From positions 2,521,983 to 2,585,982 of the forward strand of contig OZ244783.1 of NCBI GenBank assembly GCA_965219635.1: a stretch of DNA of 64,000 nt, in the 5' to 3' direction. A model generated the notes under the pieces. It did not search any database. It was given only the letters and a program-made list of their open reading frames with translations, and was not told where the DNA came from. Positions within the stretch are counted from its first letter, which is position 1. Each line of letters begins with the position of its first letter. Positions 39,518 through 48,427 of the stretch are shown piece after piece. The stretch comes from Paracoccaceae bacterium. GTDB lineage: Bacteria; Pseudomonadota; Alphaproteobacteria; Rhodobacterales; Rhodobacteraceae. The translations under genes were made by a program, and so were the position numbers.

Positions 39518-40473
39518 GCCTTGCGGTTGGCTGCAACTTCCTCCGGCGGCAGCAACAGCGTCACATCGGGCTTCGGTAGGTCGCGAAACACCTCTGGCAG
39601 TTCGCTTCCGATGTCTCTCGCAGGATACATCCAGTTCGTGGCCGGAATGACCTCAGCGAACTCGCGGGACGCAACGAATGACAGGAATTCCCGGGCAAGT
39701 TCCGGCTGGTCAGTCGATGCCGCAACGGCCGCAACCTCCACTTGCATATAGTGGCCTTCAGGGAACATCGCCGCCTTGTATCTGGGCTCATTCTCGGCCA
39801 GCAGGTGATACGCTGGCGATGTGGTATAGCTCAGGACCATGGGAGCTTCGCCGGCCGTGAACAATCCGTAGGCTTCGCTCCATCCCTTCGTGACAGTCAG
39901 CAGGCGAGCCGAGAGGTCGCTCCAGGCGCTCGCTGCCTGGTCTCCATAGACCGCCTTGATCCACAAAAGCAGTCCAAGACCCGGAGTGCTGGTTCTCGGA
40001 TCCTGGATGATCAGATCCTTGCCGCTGGCGCCAGACAAGAGTTCGGAAAGGGAAGAAGGCGGTTCTTGCAGTACAGCGCTATCGTAGATGATGGCGAAGT
40101 ATCCATAATCGAACGGAACAAAAACGGGATCATCCCACGCCAGAGGCAGGTCGAACGCAAGGCTGCCGAGTTCGTGTTCGACAACAACACCGGCATCGAC
40201 GGCTTCGGCCATCAGGTTGGTATCGAGACCAAGTACGACATCCGCCCGCCCTGACGCGCCTTCAAGGCGCAGAGCCGTCAGCAGGGTGGCAGCGTCGCCT
40301 TCCGCCACCCACCTGATTGTACATCCGCACTCGCCTTCAAATCGTTTCTTAACTTCGGGACCAGGTCCCCAGTCACTCACAAAGGAGTCATAAGTGTAGA
40401 CGGTCAACTCTTCCGCAAACACGGACGGCGCGGCAATTGAGAATGCAAAGCAGGCAAGGATGGCAGGTTTCAC
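39478..40473 (-). CDS. thiB: Thiamine ABC transporter substrate-binding protein
   Basis: The track ORF starts at TTG 40539, directly abutting the riboswitch. GTG 40473 is preceded by AAGGAGG with 6-nt spacing and gives VKPAILACFAFSIAAPSVFAEELTVYTYDSFVSDWGPGP, a signal peptide plus ThiB motif. Confidence 0.85.
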   Translation of the reverse strand: MKPAILACFAFSIAAPSVFAEELTVYTYDSFVSDWGPGPEVKKRFEGECGCTIRWVAEGDAATLLTALRLEGASGRADVVLGLDTNLMAEAVDAGVVVEHELGSLAFDLPLAWDDPVFVPFDYGYFAIIYDSAVLQEPPSSLSELLSGASGKDLIIQDPRTSTPGLGLLLWIKAVYGDQAASAWSDLSARLLTVTKGWSEAYGLFTAGEAPMVLSYTTSPAYHLLAENEPRYKAAMFPEGHYMQVEVAAVAASTDQPELAREFLSFVASREFAEVIPATNWMYPARDIGSELPEVFRDLPKPDVTLLLPPEEVAANRKAWIREWLEAVGAR

Positions 40474-40475
40474 GA

Positions 40476-40640
40476 ATTCCCTCCTTTTGAGGCGAGGGAA
40501 TCGGAATGGCAATCGGTGTAATGCAGTCCATCTTCTCAATCCCTACGCCGGCATGATCCGGATCAGGTTCAACGGGTCAACGCATTCTGCGCTTCTCAGT
40601 TTCGAAAGAAACTCCCCGTGAGCATTGGCAGGGAGAGTAG
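40476..40640 (-). promoter_or_regulatory. TPP (THI-box) riboswitch with SD-sequestering helix
   Basis: The minus strand reads ...CACGGGGAG...CTGAGAAGCGCAGAATGCGTTGACCCGTTGAACCTGATCCGGATCATGCCGGCGTAGGGA, matching the conserved CUGAGA and ACCUGAUCCGGnUnAUGCCGGCGnAGGGA cores. Downstream, ATTCCCTC (40494-40501) can pair with GAGGGAAT (40476-40483), which covers the thiB Shine-Dalgarno. Confidence 0.85.
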
Positions 40641-40875
40641 TGTGTGTTCAGCCCGATGGCAAGAGTGGCGATCGCCATCGCCAGGCTGGCGTGGTTCGGC
40701 GGGTGCAGGAGACAGCGCATTCGCCGGGATTGGAGGCGGAACAAATTGCCTCCATGTGATCATGCGGTCTATTGCCGGATCAATGCTTGCTTAAAAAGAC
40801 CATGCTGCGGCTTGCCTGCAAACAGGGCATCGCCAGGTGCTTCCCGGTCTGCCCTGCTTCAGCAATCGGCAAATT

Positions 40876-41304
40876 CTATTCCTCGGCTTCGTCCCCAACG
40901 GCCTCGGTAGCAGCGGCTTCCCTGTCGGCGAGCCCCTTGGCATCCGGGTCGCGATCAACCAGTTCGATGATCGCCATTGGCGCCATGTCGCCATACCGGT
41001 TGCCTGCTCGGAGAATGCGCACATAGCCACCGTTGCGATCACTGTATCGGGGCCCCAACACACTGAACAGCTTGGCCAGATGCTTGTTCTGCTTGAGCCT
41101 CGACGCAGCCTGGCGCCTGGCATGCAGGTCTCCGCGCTTACCAAGCGTGATCAGCTTTTCGACGACCGGGCGGAGTTCCTTCGCCTTTGGCAGGGTCGTG
41201 CGGACCTGTTCATGTTCAATGAGCGATCCGGCCATGTTTGCAAACATCGCCTTCCGGTGCTCACTCGTCCTGTTCAAACGGCGATAACCATTTCCGTGCC
41301 GCAT
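40876..41304 (-). CDS. rplQ: 50S ribosomal protein L17, canonical copy (copy 2, downstream of rpoA)
   Basis: 142 aa [33 protein letters not shown]... Sits 93 nt downstream of rpoA, as in the standard alpha operon. Confidence 0.93.
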   Translation of the reverse strand: MRHGNGYRRLNRTSEHRKAMFANMAGSLIEHEQVRTTLPKAKELRPVVEKLITLGKRGDLHARRQAASRLKQNKHLAKLFSVLGPRYSDRNGGYVRILRAGNRYGDMAPMAIIELVDRDPDAKGLADREAAATEAVGDEAEE

Positions 41305-41397
41305 CGTCCTGTTATCCTCTTTCAGATCCCGGGTTGGGGCGGAACAAGGCGGAATAGCCCATGCCGGCAGGATTGCCGGCAGCGCCAGGCCGGCCCG

Positions 41398-42414
41398 TCA
41401 AAAGTCGCCTTCATGCTTCTTGGCCAGTTCCTCGATATTCTCCGGCGGCCAACCCTTCGTTTCCATGCCGAGATGGAGTTGCATGCTCGCCAGAACTTCC
41501 TTGATTTCGTTCAGTGACTTTCGGCCGAAGTTCGGGGTCCGGAGCATTTCCGGCTCGGACTTCTGCACGAGGTCGCCAATATAGACGATATTGTCGTTCT
41601 TGAGGCAATTCGCCGAACGGACCGAGAGCTCGAGTTCATCGACCTTCTTGAGGAACTTGGGATTGAATTCGAACTCTTCCTCTTCCTCAGTCACCTCGAC
41701 CACCGGCGGTTCGCGGAAGTTGACGAAGGTCTGCAACTGATCCTGAATGATCCTGGCTGCCAGGGCCACTGCGTCCTCGGGCGTTATCGACCCGTCGGTA
41801 TCGACCTTGATCGTGAGCTTGTCATAATCGAGGCTCTGCCCTTCCCTCGTCGGTTGGACATCGTATGACACCCGGCGTATCGGCGAATAGATGGCATCAA
41901 TTGGAATATAGCCGATAGCGGACTCATCCGGCTGGTTGCGCTCCGCCGAGACATAACCCTTGCCCGTATTGACGTTCATCTCCATGCGCAGCGATGCGCC
42001 ATCGTCCAGATGACAGATCACGTGACGCTTGTTCAGAATCTCGATGCCCGCGGGCGCGGTAATGTCGCCTGCAACAACAGCCCCGGCCTTGCTGGCCTTC
42101 AGCGTCAGCCGGCGCGGGCCCTCGATCTCCATGCGCAGAAAGACGTCCTTGAGGTTCAACACGATGTCGGTGACGTCTTCGCGGACGCCAGGAATTGAGG
42201 AAAACTCGTGCAGAACGCCATCGATCTGCACACTCGTAATTGCTGCACCCTGCAGTGACGACATCAGCACTCGCCGCAAGGCGTTGCCCAGTGTCAGGCC
42301 GAAACCTCTTTCGAGCGGCTCAACGACAATGGTCGCTTGCCGAAGCCGGTTGCTGCCAGGTACGACATCGTACTTCCTGGGTTTGATAAGCGCGTTCCAG
42401 TTTTGGTGGATCAT
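41398..42414 (-). CDS. rpoA: DNA-directed RNA polymerase subunit alpha
   Basis: The track ORF starts at 42429. I prefer ATG 42414 ([14 protein letters not shown]...), the usual alphaproteobacterial N-terminus, with GGAG upstream. About 338 aa including the alpha-CTD. Confidence 0.93.
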   Translation of the reverse strand: MIHQNWNALIKPRKYDVVPGSNRLRQATIVVEPLERGFGLTLGNALRRVLMSSLQGAAITSVQIDGVLHEFSSIPGVREDVTDIVLNLKDVFLRMEIEGPRRLTLKASKAGAVVAGDITAPAGIEILNKRHVICHLDDGASLRMEMNVNTGKGYVSAERNQPDESAIGYIPIDAIYSPIRRVSYDVQPTREGQSLDYDKLTIKVDTDGSITPEDAVALAARIIQDQLQTFVNFREPPVVEVTEEEEEFEFNPKFLKKVDELELSVRSANCLKNDNIVYIGDLVQKSEPEMLRTPNFGRKSLNEIKEVLASMQLHLGMETKGWPPENIEELAKKHEGDF

Positions 42415-42507
42415 CAGGTCAATCTCCATTCCTGCTCCCGGCCGGATCCACGGCCGGGAACTGCCCGAGAAAAAAGCTGAATTGCCGGAGTCCGGCGGGT
42501 TCGACAG

Positions 42508-42897
42508 TCAGACCCGGCGCCGCTTCGGCGGCCGGCATCCGTTGTGAGCGATGGGTGTCACATCCCGAATTGCTGTTATTGTGAAGCCAGCGGCGGCAAG
42601 AGCCCTGAGAGCGCTTTCCCTGCCGGAACCAGGCCCCTGGACCTGAACCTCCAGTGTCCTCACCCCGTGCTCCATCGCCTTTCTGGCAGCGTCCTCGGCC
42701 GCAAGCTGGGCGGCATAGGGCGTCGATTTGCGCGATCCCTTGAACCCCATTGTTCCTGCCGACGACCAGGCAATTGCATTGCCCTGCACATCGGAGATCA
42801 GGATCTTCGTGTTGTTGAACGAGGAACTGACGTGAGCAACCCCCGTAGCAATGTTCTTGCGCTCCCTTCTGCGAACGCGCGACCTGTCAACTGCCAA
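42508..42897 (-). CDS. rpsK: 30S ribosomal protein S11
   Basis: The track ORF (171 aa) runs through the rpsM end. TTG 42897 gives 129 aa: (M)[35 protein letters not shown]... Confidence 0.9.
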   Translation of the reverse strand: MAVDRSRVRRRERKNIATGVAHVSSSFNNTKILISDVQGNAIAWSSAGTMGFKGSRKSTPYAAQLAAEDAARKAMEHGVRTLEVQVQGPGSGRESALRALAAAGFTITAIRDVTPIAHNGCRPPKRRRV

Positions 42898-42908
42898 TTT
42901 GAGCTCCG

Positions 42909-43277
42909 CTACTTCTTCTTGCCGGCAATCGGCTTCGCTGGCCCCTTCCGGGTCCTCCCATTGGTATGGGTCCGTTGTCCCCTTGTCGGCAGACCGCGCC
43001 GATGCCGCAATCCCCTGTAGCAACCGAGGTCCATCATGCGCTTGATGTTCATCTGAACCTCCCGCCGCAAATCTCCCTCAACCACAAAGTTCCGGTCCAC
43101 ATGTTCGCGGAGGCTAACCACCTCCATGTCGTTGAGTTCGTTCACACGACGGGACTGGTCAATTCCGACCGCGTCACAAATCTGTTTTGCCGATGTGGAG
43201 CCGATTCCGTGAATGCTGGTCAACGCAATCGGAACCCGCTTCCGGGTCGGTATGTTCACGCCTGCAATCCGCGCCAA
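42909..43277 (-). CDS. rpsM: 30S ribosomal protein S13
   Basis: 122 aa [26 protein letters not shown]... Confidence 0.93.
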   Translation of the reverse strand: MARIAGVNIPTRKRVPIALTSIHGIGSTSAKQICDAVGIDQSRRVNELNDMEVVSLREHVDRNFVVEGDLRREVQMNIKRMMDLGCYRGLRHRRGLPTRGQRTHTNGRTRKGPAKPIAGKKK

Positions 43278-43641
43278 CTTTCCTTCCTTTCAATATGTTC
43301 GTTCCGCAAACACCACTCGGCGCCCTCCGGACTTGCCGTCAGGCGCAATGTGCCCGCTTGGGCGGGTTTCTTCTCAAGAACAGGTGACTGCGGAATCGAA
43401 ATTGATGCATCCGATGACTGGGACGCGTTCACATAGTGATTCATTGGCGGGCGGTCAACACCTGGCAGCGGCAAGTCCGCATTTTTCTGGCGACAATCTT
43501 GAGTTGCCGCAGGAATGCCCCGGCCTCTACGCCCGCTACTGCTTGTGGCGCAACAGCAATTCGCCGCGGTTGAGCCCAGAGGATGGCCCGACCGCAGGCC
43601 CTATTGTGGCATGACGCGCGCTCGTGCAGGCTACCCGAAGG

Positions 43642-44448
43642 TTACAGGCAAAGCGAAAGCCAGCCATCGTCTGAAACTTCCATGCTGATCGGATCCGAAA
43701 TCGCGCCGACAAAACTCCCGTCGGGCTCATCATGCAGGAAGCCCAGCACTACAGGCCGTCCCGACAAGAAGACCACCCGGCAGGCATAGAGTTCGGTCTC
43801 GCTCGCGCTCGTCAGGAAGGGACCGGGCGCCAGTTGCCAGGGACCATCGAAGCTGTCGGCAACGAGATAGTGCGTGCCGCGAACGGCAGGGTGGCCGAAA
43901 CCCTCCCGCATTGACTTGGACCAGTGTTCAGGCCCTACACAGAACAGGCAATACCAGCGCCTGCCAATCCTGAAGATCTGCGGAACCTCCAGTTGGCCAA
44001 ACCCGCCCGAGAAAAGCGGATCAATGGATGTCCACTCGTTCAGGTCTCCCGAAACCGCCAACCCGATTGCGCCTGCATCGTTGGGCTCATCGGCACCCGC
44101 CATTCTTGCAGTGTAGGCCATCAACCAGCCAGTGCCGCAAGGGTGAGGCATGACCCACGGATCCCTGAGCGCCCGATCATGCCAGAAGCCTGGCCGGTAT
44201 TCCTCGTAACGCTCCGTGTCGAGGTCAAGCGCCAGGCCGCTTCCAACCCGCTGCCAGTTGTAAAGATCGGTGCCGATGGCGTGGCCGATCCTTTGCTTGA
44301 GCCCCTGTTCCGAGCGTTGCGTACCCGTGTAGAAATAGTGCCAGTCCCCGTTTGGCCCCTTGAGAACCGATCCCGTCCATGTCGTGTAATCATCCCATGC
44401 CGGGGCGGCCGCCGGGACAAAGCAGGTGCCGTGATAGGTCCAGTTCAC
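43642..44448 (-). CDS. GH32/GH68-clan (five-bladed propeller) beta-fructosidase-like protein; 5' end unresolved, possibly a pseudogene
   Basis: RDP motif (ALRDPWV) and an acid/base-like LEVPQIF lie inside the 268-aa ORF. The same frame stays open upstream to a stop at 44686-44688 and there encodes the nucleophile-type motif EKWIWDFWLAQ. That extension contains no ATG, GTG or TTG (only CTG at 44634 and 44616, and ATT at 44607). Confidence 0.55.
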   Translation of the reverse strand: MNWTYHGTCFVPAAAPAWDDYTTWTGSVLKGPNGDWHYFYTGTQRSEQGLKQRIGHAIGTDLYNWQRVGSGLALDLDTERYEEYRPGFWHDRALRDPWVMPHPCGTGWLMAYTARMAGADEPNDAGAIGLAVSGDLNEWTSIDPLFSGGFGQLEVPQIFRIGRRWYCLFCVGPEHWSKSMREGFGHPAVRGTHYLVADSFDGPWQLAPGPFLTSASETELYACRVVFLSGRPVVLGFLHDEPDGSFVGAISDPISMEVSDDGWLSLCL

Positions 44449-44630
44449 CAGGTCGAAGGATGAAGCATGCCCTTGCGTGACGTTGAAGTGCCTGAGTTCG
44501 GGCTCACCGAGCGACTTGTCCGCCTGAAGGAAATAGCAGTGCCAACGGGAGTCGTCTCCCTGGGCAAGCCAGAAGTCCCAAATCCACTTTTCGTCAAGAG
44601 CAAGAATGGCGGGCAGTCCGTCGTTGAATG

Positions 44631-45686
44631 TCAGGAAGCAGCAAGGCGCGGGCGGCTGAACGGGGAGGAGTCCCGCCGGACGATGTCACCGCAAATCTTC
44701 CGGACGGAGTGCGGGTAATGACCGGATTCCATGATCGCAAGCAGGCATTCCGCCACTGCGACGCCCATTTCGTAGTAGGGAAGGCTGATCGTGGAGAGCC
44801 GGGGAACAACCGATTCACAGATGGTAAGATCGTTGTCGAAGCCCCAGACCGCGATGTTTCGTCCCGCATTCAGGCCCTTCCGGGCCATAACAGGCAAGGC
44901 ACGCATGGCCATCAGATCGTTGCCAAAACAGATTGCTGTCGGTGGCCTTCCGCTCGAGGTGACCGCGTCGATTGCCTTTGGCAGCACATTGATCTCACGA
45001 ACGCCTTCCAGCTCCAACCCTTCTGCAAAATGGACGCACTCCCCGGAAAGGCCGGCTGCCCGGGCCTCGTCCAGGAATCCGCGATGACGCTGTTGTCCGG
45101 CTACCAGAGTCCGGGGCAACCCGATCATGGCAATCGATGAATGACCGTCTGCCAACATTTCGCGCACGACCAGGCGCTGCGCCGCCTCGTCGTCTGGAAC
45201 CACCGCAGGCGTGCCTGCGGCGTCGAAACAGTTCACAAGCACCAGCGGAAATGGAAGATTGAGATCAAGGGAAACTTCCTTGTGGTGATAGGTCGAATAG
45301 ACCAAGCCCTCCACGCGGTGCGCATGAAACGCCCTGACCAATTCAGCTATCTCATCGGGAGCCCCCTGCGCGTCAGCAAAGAGCAGCGTCTTGCCCGCAG
45401 TGCGGAAGGTCTTCTGGGCGCCATGCAGGATGGGGATCGATGTGAGACCAGTCCGGTACGGAATCCAGCCTTCGGCAAAAATGCCACTGGTGATCATGGC
45501 AACAAGCCCGCTGCGTTTCGACCGCATCGACCGCGCGCCGCCATGTGGCGTGTAATCCAGCACCTCCATGGCCTGCTCCACAGCCGCGCGCGTCTCCGGC
45601 CGCACCTGGCTCGATTTGTTAAGCACGCGCGAAACGGTCTTTATGGAAACTTCCGCCTGCCGGGCTACGTCGTGGATCGTTGCCAT
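44631..45686 (-). CDS. LacI-family transcriptional regulator
   Basis: Track ORF trimmed to ATG 45686: MATIHDVARQAEVSIKTVSRVLNKSSQVRPETR... is a typical HTH N-terminus. About 351 aa. Confidence 0.88.
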   Translation of the reverse strand: MATIHDVARQAEVSIKTVSRVLNKSSQVRPETRAAVEQAMEVLDYTPHGGARSMRSKRSGLVAMITSGIFAEGWIPYRTGLTSIPILHGAQKTFRTAGKTLLFADAQGAPDEIAELVRAFHAHRVEGLVYSTYHHKEVSLDLNLPFPLVLVNCFDAAGTPAVVPDDEAAQRLVVREMLADGHSSIAMIGLPRTLVAGQQRHRGFLDEARAAGLSGECVHFAEGLELEGVREINVLPKAIDAVTSSGRPPTAICFGNDLMAMRALPVMARKGLNAGRNIAVWGFDNDLTICESVVPRLSTISLPYYEMGVAVAECLLAIMESGHYPHSVRKICGDIVRRDSSPFSRPRLAAS

Positions 45687-45790
45687 TGTTTTTCCGCCTG
45701 CGAGCCGTGCAAGCCCATTCCCTTGCTGCATGCAGGAAATTGGCTGAGAGCGCACGACCCGAACTTGATTCTCCCGTGACTCATGATATT

Positions 45791-45804
45791 TGACAACATT
45801 GTCA
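45791..45804. promoter_or_regulatory. Inverted repeat TGACAAcaTTGTCA, candidate operator for the adjacent LacI regulator
   Basis: 6-bp perfect arms separated by 2 nt. Lies in the divergent lacI / SBP intergenic region, 36 nt upstream of the SBP start. Confidence 0.45.
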
Positions 45805-45839
45805 TCTTGCAACCAAAGGTAAAGGGAGAGGAACCCAAG

Positions 45840-47105
45840 ATGTTAATCAGCCATTTGAAACAAGTTCTGCTGGCGACCGGCGCGGCAACGCTGCTCGCTG
45901 CCGGCGCAGCGCAAGCGCAGACACAATTATCACTATGGTATCACGGTGCCGGCAACGAGGTCGAAAGAAGCCTGTTGCTGAACATCATCAACGATTTCAA
46001 TGCTTCACAGGGCGATTACGAGGTGGTTGTGGAGGAGTTTCCGCAGGAGTCCTACAATGACTCTGTGTCCGCTGCCGCCCTGGCAGGCAACTTGCCGGAC
46101 ATCATTGATGTGGACGGCCCAATCCTGCCGAACTGGGCCTGGGCAGGCTACATGCAACCGCTCGACATTGACCAGGCAGTGCTGGACCAGATGCTCCCGG
46201 GGGCGATCGGGGCCTGGAACGGCAATGTCTATGGTGTTGGTCTCTGGGATGCAGCCGTCGCGATCTATGCGCGCCGGAGCGTGCTTGAAGCCAATGGCGT
46301 CCGGATCCCGTCACTCTCTGATCCGTGGACACTGGCGGAATTCAACGACATCCTTGCGACGCTCCACGCAACCGGTGAATTCGAGTATGTGTTCGATGTA
46401 GGCATGGCCTGGACTGGCGAATGGTACCCCTATGCCTTCGGGCCGATGCTTCAATCGGCCGGAGGAGACCTCTTCAACACCGAAACAAACATGGCTGACG
46501 GAACACTTAATGGTGACGCCGGCCTAATGTTCGGCGAGTGGTGGCAGAGTCTCTTCACCAACGAATATGCGCCGGGAACCAGCCAGGACGGGGCCGACCG
46601 CGAAACCGGCTTCCTCGATGGCAGGTATGCCCTCCAACTGAACGGCAACTGGGCAGCGGTCACGGCTCTGGACTCGGTCGGAGACGACATGCTCTTCCTG
46701 CCTGCCGTCGACTTTGGAAACGGGCCGAAGATCGGCGCTGCCTCCTGGCAGTTCGGGGTATCGGCAACTTCCGAAAACAAGGAAGGCGCCAACGAGTTCA
46801 TCAGGTTCATGCTGCAGGACGAGTATTTTGCTGCATTCTCGGACGGTATCGGCCTGATCCCGCCCACAGTAGGATCCGCGGCGATGTCCGAAAAGTACCG
46901 TCCTGGCGGCCCGCTTGAAGTGTTCTTCGGACTTTCGGAAGCGCAGGCGACTCTGCGGGCGGTGACGCCGGGCTATGTCGTTGCATCGAAGGAATTCGAG
47001 AAGGCTATGGCCGATATCGCCAACGGCGCTGATGTGGCCGATGCGCTTGACGCAGCAGCCGACGCAATCGACGACGATGTTGAGAGGAACGGCGGGTACC
47101 AGTAG
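45840..47105 (+). CDS. Carbohydrate ABC transporter substrate-binding protein (CUT1, solute-binding family 1)
   Basis: Trimmed to ATG 45840, preceded by AAGGGAGAGG: MLISHLKQVLLATGAATLLAAGAAQAQ signal peptide; 421 aa. Confidence 0.85.
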   Translation: MLISHLKQVLLATGAATLLAAGAAQAQTQLSLWYHGAGNEVERSLLLNIINDFNASQGDYEVVVEEFPQESYNDSVSAAALAGNLPDIIDVDGPILPNWAWAGYMQPLDIDQAVLDQMLPGAIGAWNGNVYGVGLWDAAVAIYARRSVLEANGVRIPSLSDPWTLAEFNDILATLHATGEFEYVFDVGMAWTGEWYPYAFGPMLQSAGGDLFNTETNMADGTLNGDAGLMFGEWWQSLFTNEYAPGTSQDGADRETGFLDGRYALQLNGNWAAVTALDSVGDDMLFLPAVDFGNGPKIGAASWQFGVSATSENKEGANEFIRFMLQDEYFAAFSDGIGLIPPTVGSAAMSEKYRPGGPLEVFFGLSEAQATLRAVTPGYVVASKEFEKAMADIANGADVADALDAAADAIDDDVERNGGYQ

Positions 47106-47126
47106 CCCACCGGGCCCGATCAAAGC

Positions 47127-47155
47127 GCATGCCCGCCTGAACCGGGCGGGCATGC
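47127..47155 (+). other. GC-rich intra-operon hairpin (11-bp perfect stem, 7-nt loop) just after the SBP gene
   Basis: GCATGCCCGCC-tgaaccg-GGCGGGCATGC, 22 nt after the SBP stop, with no U-tract. Likely an mRNA-stabilising or attenuating structure that separates SBP expression from permease expression. Confidence 0.5.
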
Positions 47156-47341
47156 TGGAAGGGGGATGGCAGACCGGACAGCATAACCGGCCGGTTGCTG
47201 CTGCGAGACTGCCGGCTCGAGGACGGTAGCCACCGGCAACGGGATGGAACCAGGCCTCAGGCCGGGCCGACTGGACGGCACAGTGCCCTCTCGCAGATTC
47301 CCCCTCCAATGGCCGCATGATACACGCGGCGAGGGAGGCAA

Positions 47342-48427
47342 ATGGCAAGAGCTACCCGGCTTGAGCGGCGGCAAAACCTGACAGGCTGGCTGATGGCGGC
47401 GCCTGCGGTATTGCTGGTGTGCTTCTTTCTTGTCGCGCCGTTTCTCCTGGCATTCGCCTTTTCGTTCACCAATCAGAGGCTGTTCTCACCCAATCCTACC
47501 GAATTCGTAGGCCTTGAGAATTTCAAGCGCATGCTCGGGGTCTACACCTTGACGCTGGATGCCGAGCGCGACGACGACGGCAATCTGATCCTCGACGAAA
47601 ACGGCGAGTTGACCTACCCGCGGTTGCGCAACTTCACCAGAAACAACCCCGAATACCCGTCCCTTAACCGGACCCGGGAGTGGATGCACTTCAACCTGGA
47701 TGGTGAAAGGCGCCTCTATGTGTTGGCGCGCGACGTCATCTTCATGAAGGCTTTCGTCAACACGGTGTTGTTCGTGGCAATTGTGGCTCCGGTCCAGTCG
47801 GTATTGGCACTTTGCCTCGCGTTGCTGATCAACCAGCCTTGCCGCGGCATCAATCTGTTTCGTACGATATATTTCATGCCGGTCGTCATCTCGATGGTCG
47901 TCGTATCGATGCTCTGGCGTTTCATCTATGACGGTCAGAACGGGTTGCTGAATACCTTGCTTGGTTTCTTCAGCGCCGGTCTTATGCAGCCGGTCGACTG
48001 GCTTGGCCAGACATCCACTGCCCTGGGGTCAATCATCGCCATGTCGGTCTGGCAGGGCGTTGGATTCTTCATGGTGATCTGGCTTGCCGGCCTGCAGACG
48101 ATACCCGTCAGCCTCTACGAAGCATCTCGTATCGAAGGCGCAACCCGTTGGCAGAATTTCCGCTACATCACCTGGCCCGGCCTTCGCAACACTGCGGTCC
48201 TGGTCATGGTGATCATAACCATGCAGGCCTTCACTCTGTACCCGCAGGTGGCGATCATGACCAACGGAGGACCGCTGGACTCGACGCAGTCGCTTGTCTT
48301 CCAAATGGTGCAGAGAGGATATGGCAAGCAGGACATCGCCGCAGGCTCGTCCATATCGGTCTTCCTGTTCTTGTTCGTCCTGACAATCTCATTGATCCAG
48401 CGATATGTTTCGCGGGAGCGCGACTGA
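47342..48427 (+). CDS. Carbohydrate ABC transporter permease (MalF/UgpA-like, with an enlarged periplasmic loop)
   Basis: 361 aa. The EAA-type loop YEASRIEGATRWQNFRYITWPGL, plus a long hydrophilic insertion after TM1. Confidence 0.85.
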   Translation: MARATRLERRQNLTGWLMAAPAVLLVCFFLVAPFLLAFAFSFTNQRLFSPNPTEFVGLENFKRMLGVYTLTLDAERDDDGNLILDENGELTYPRLRNFTRNNPEYPSLNRTREWMHFNLDGERRLYVLARDVIFMKAFVNTVLFVAIVAPVQSVLALCLALLINQPCRGINLFRTIYFMPVVISMVVVSMLWRFIYDGQNGLLNTLLGFFSAGLMQPVDWLGQTSTALGSIIAMSVWQGVGFFMVIWLAGLQTIPVSLYEASRIEGATRWQNFRYITWPGLRNTAVLVMVIITMQAFTLYPQVAIMTNGGPLDSTQSLVFQMVQRGYGKQDIAAGSSISVFLFLFVLTISLIQRYVSRERD

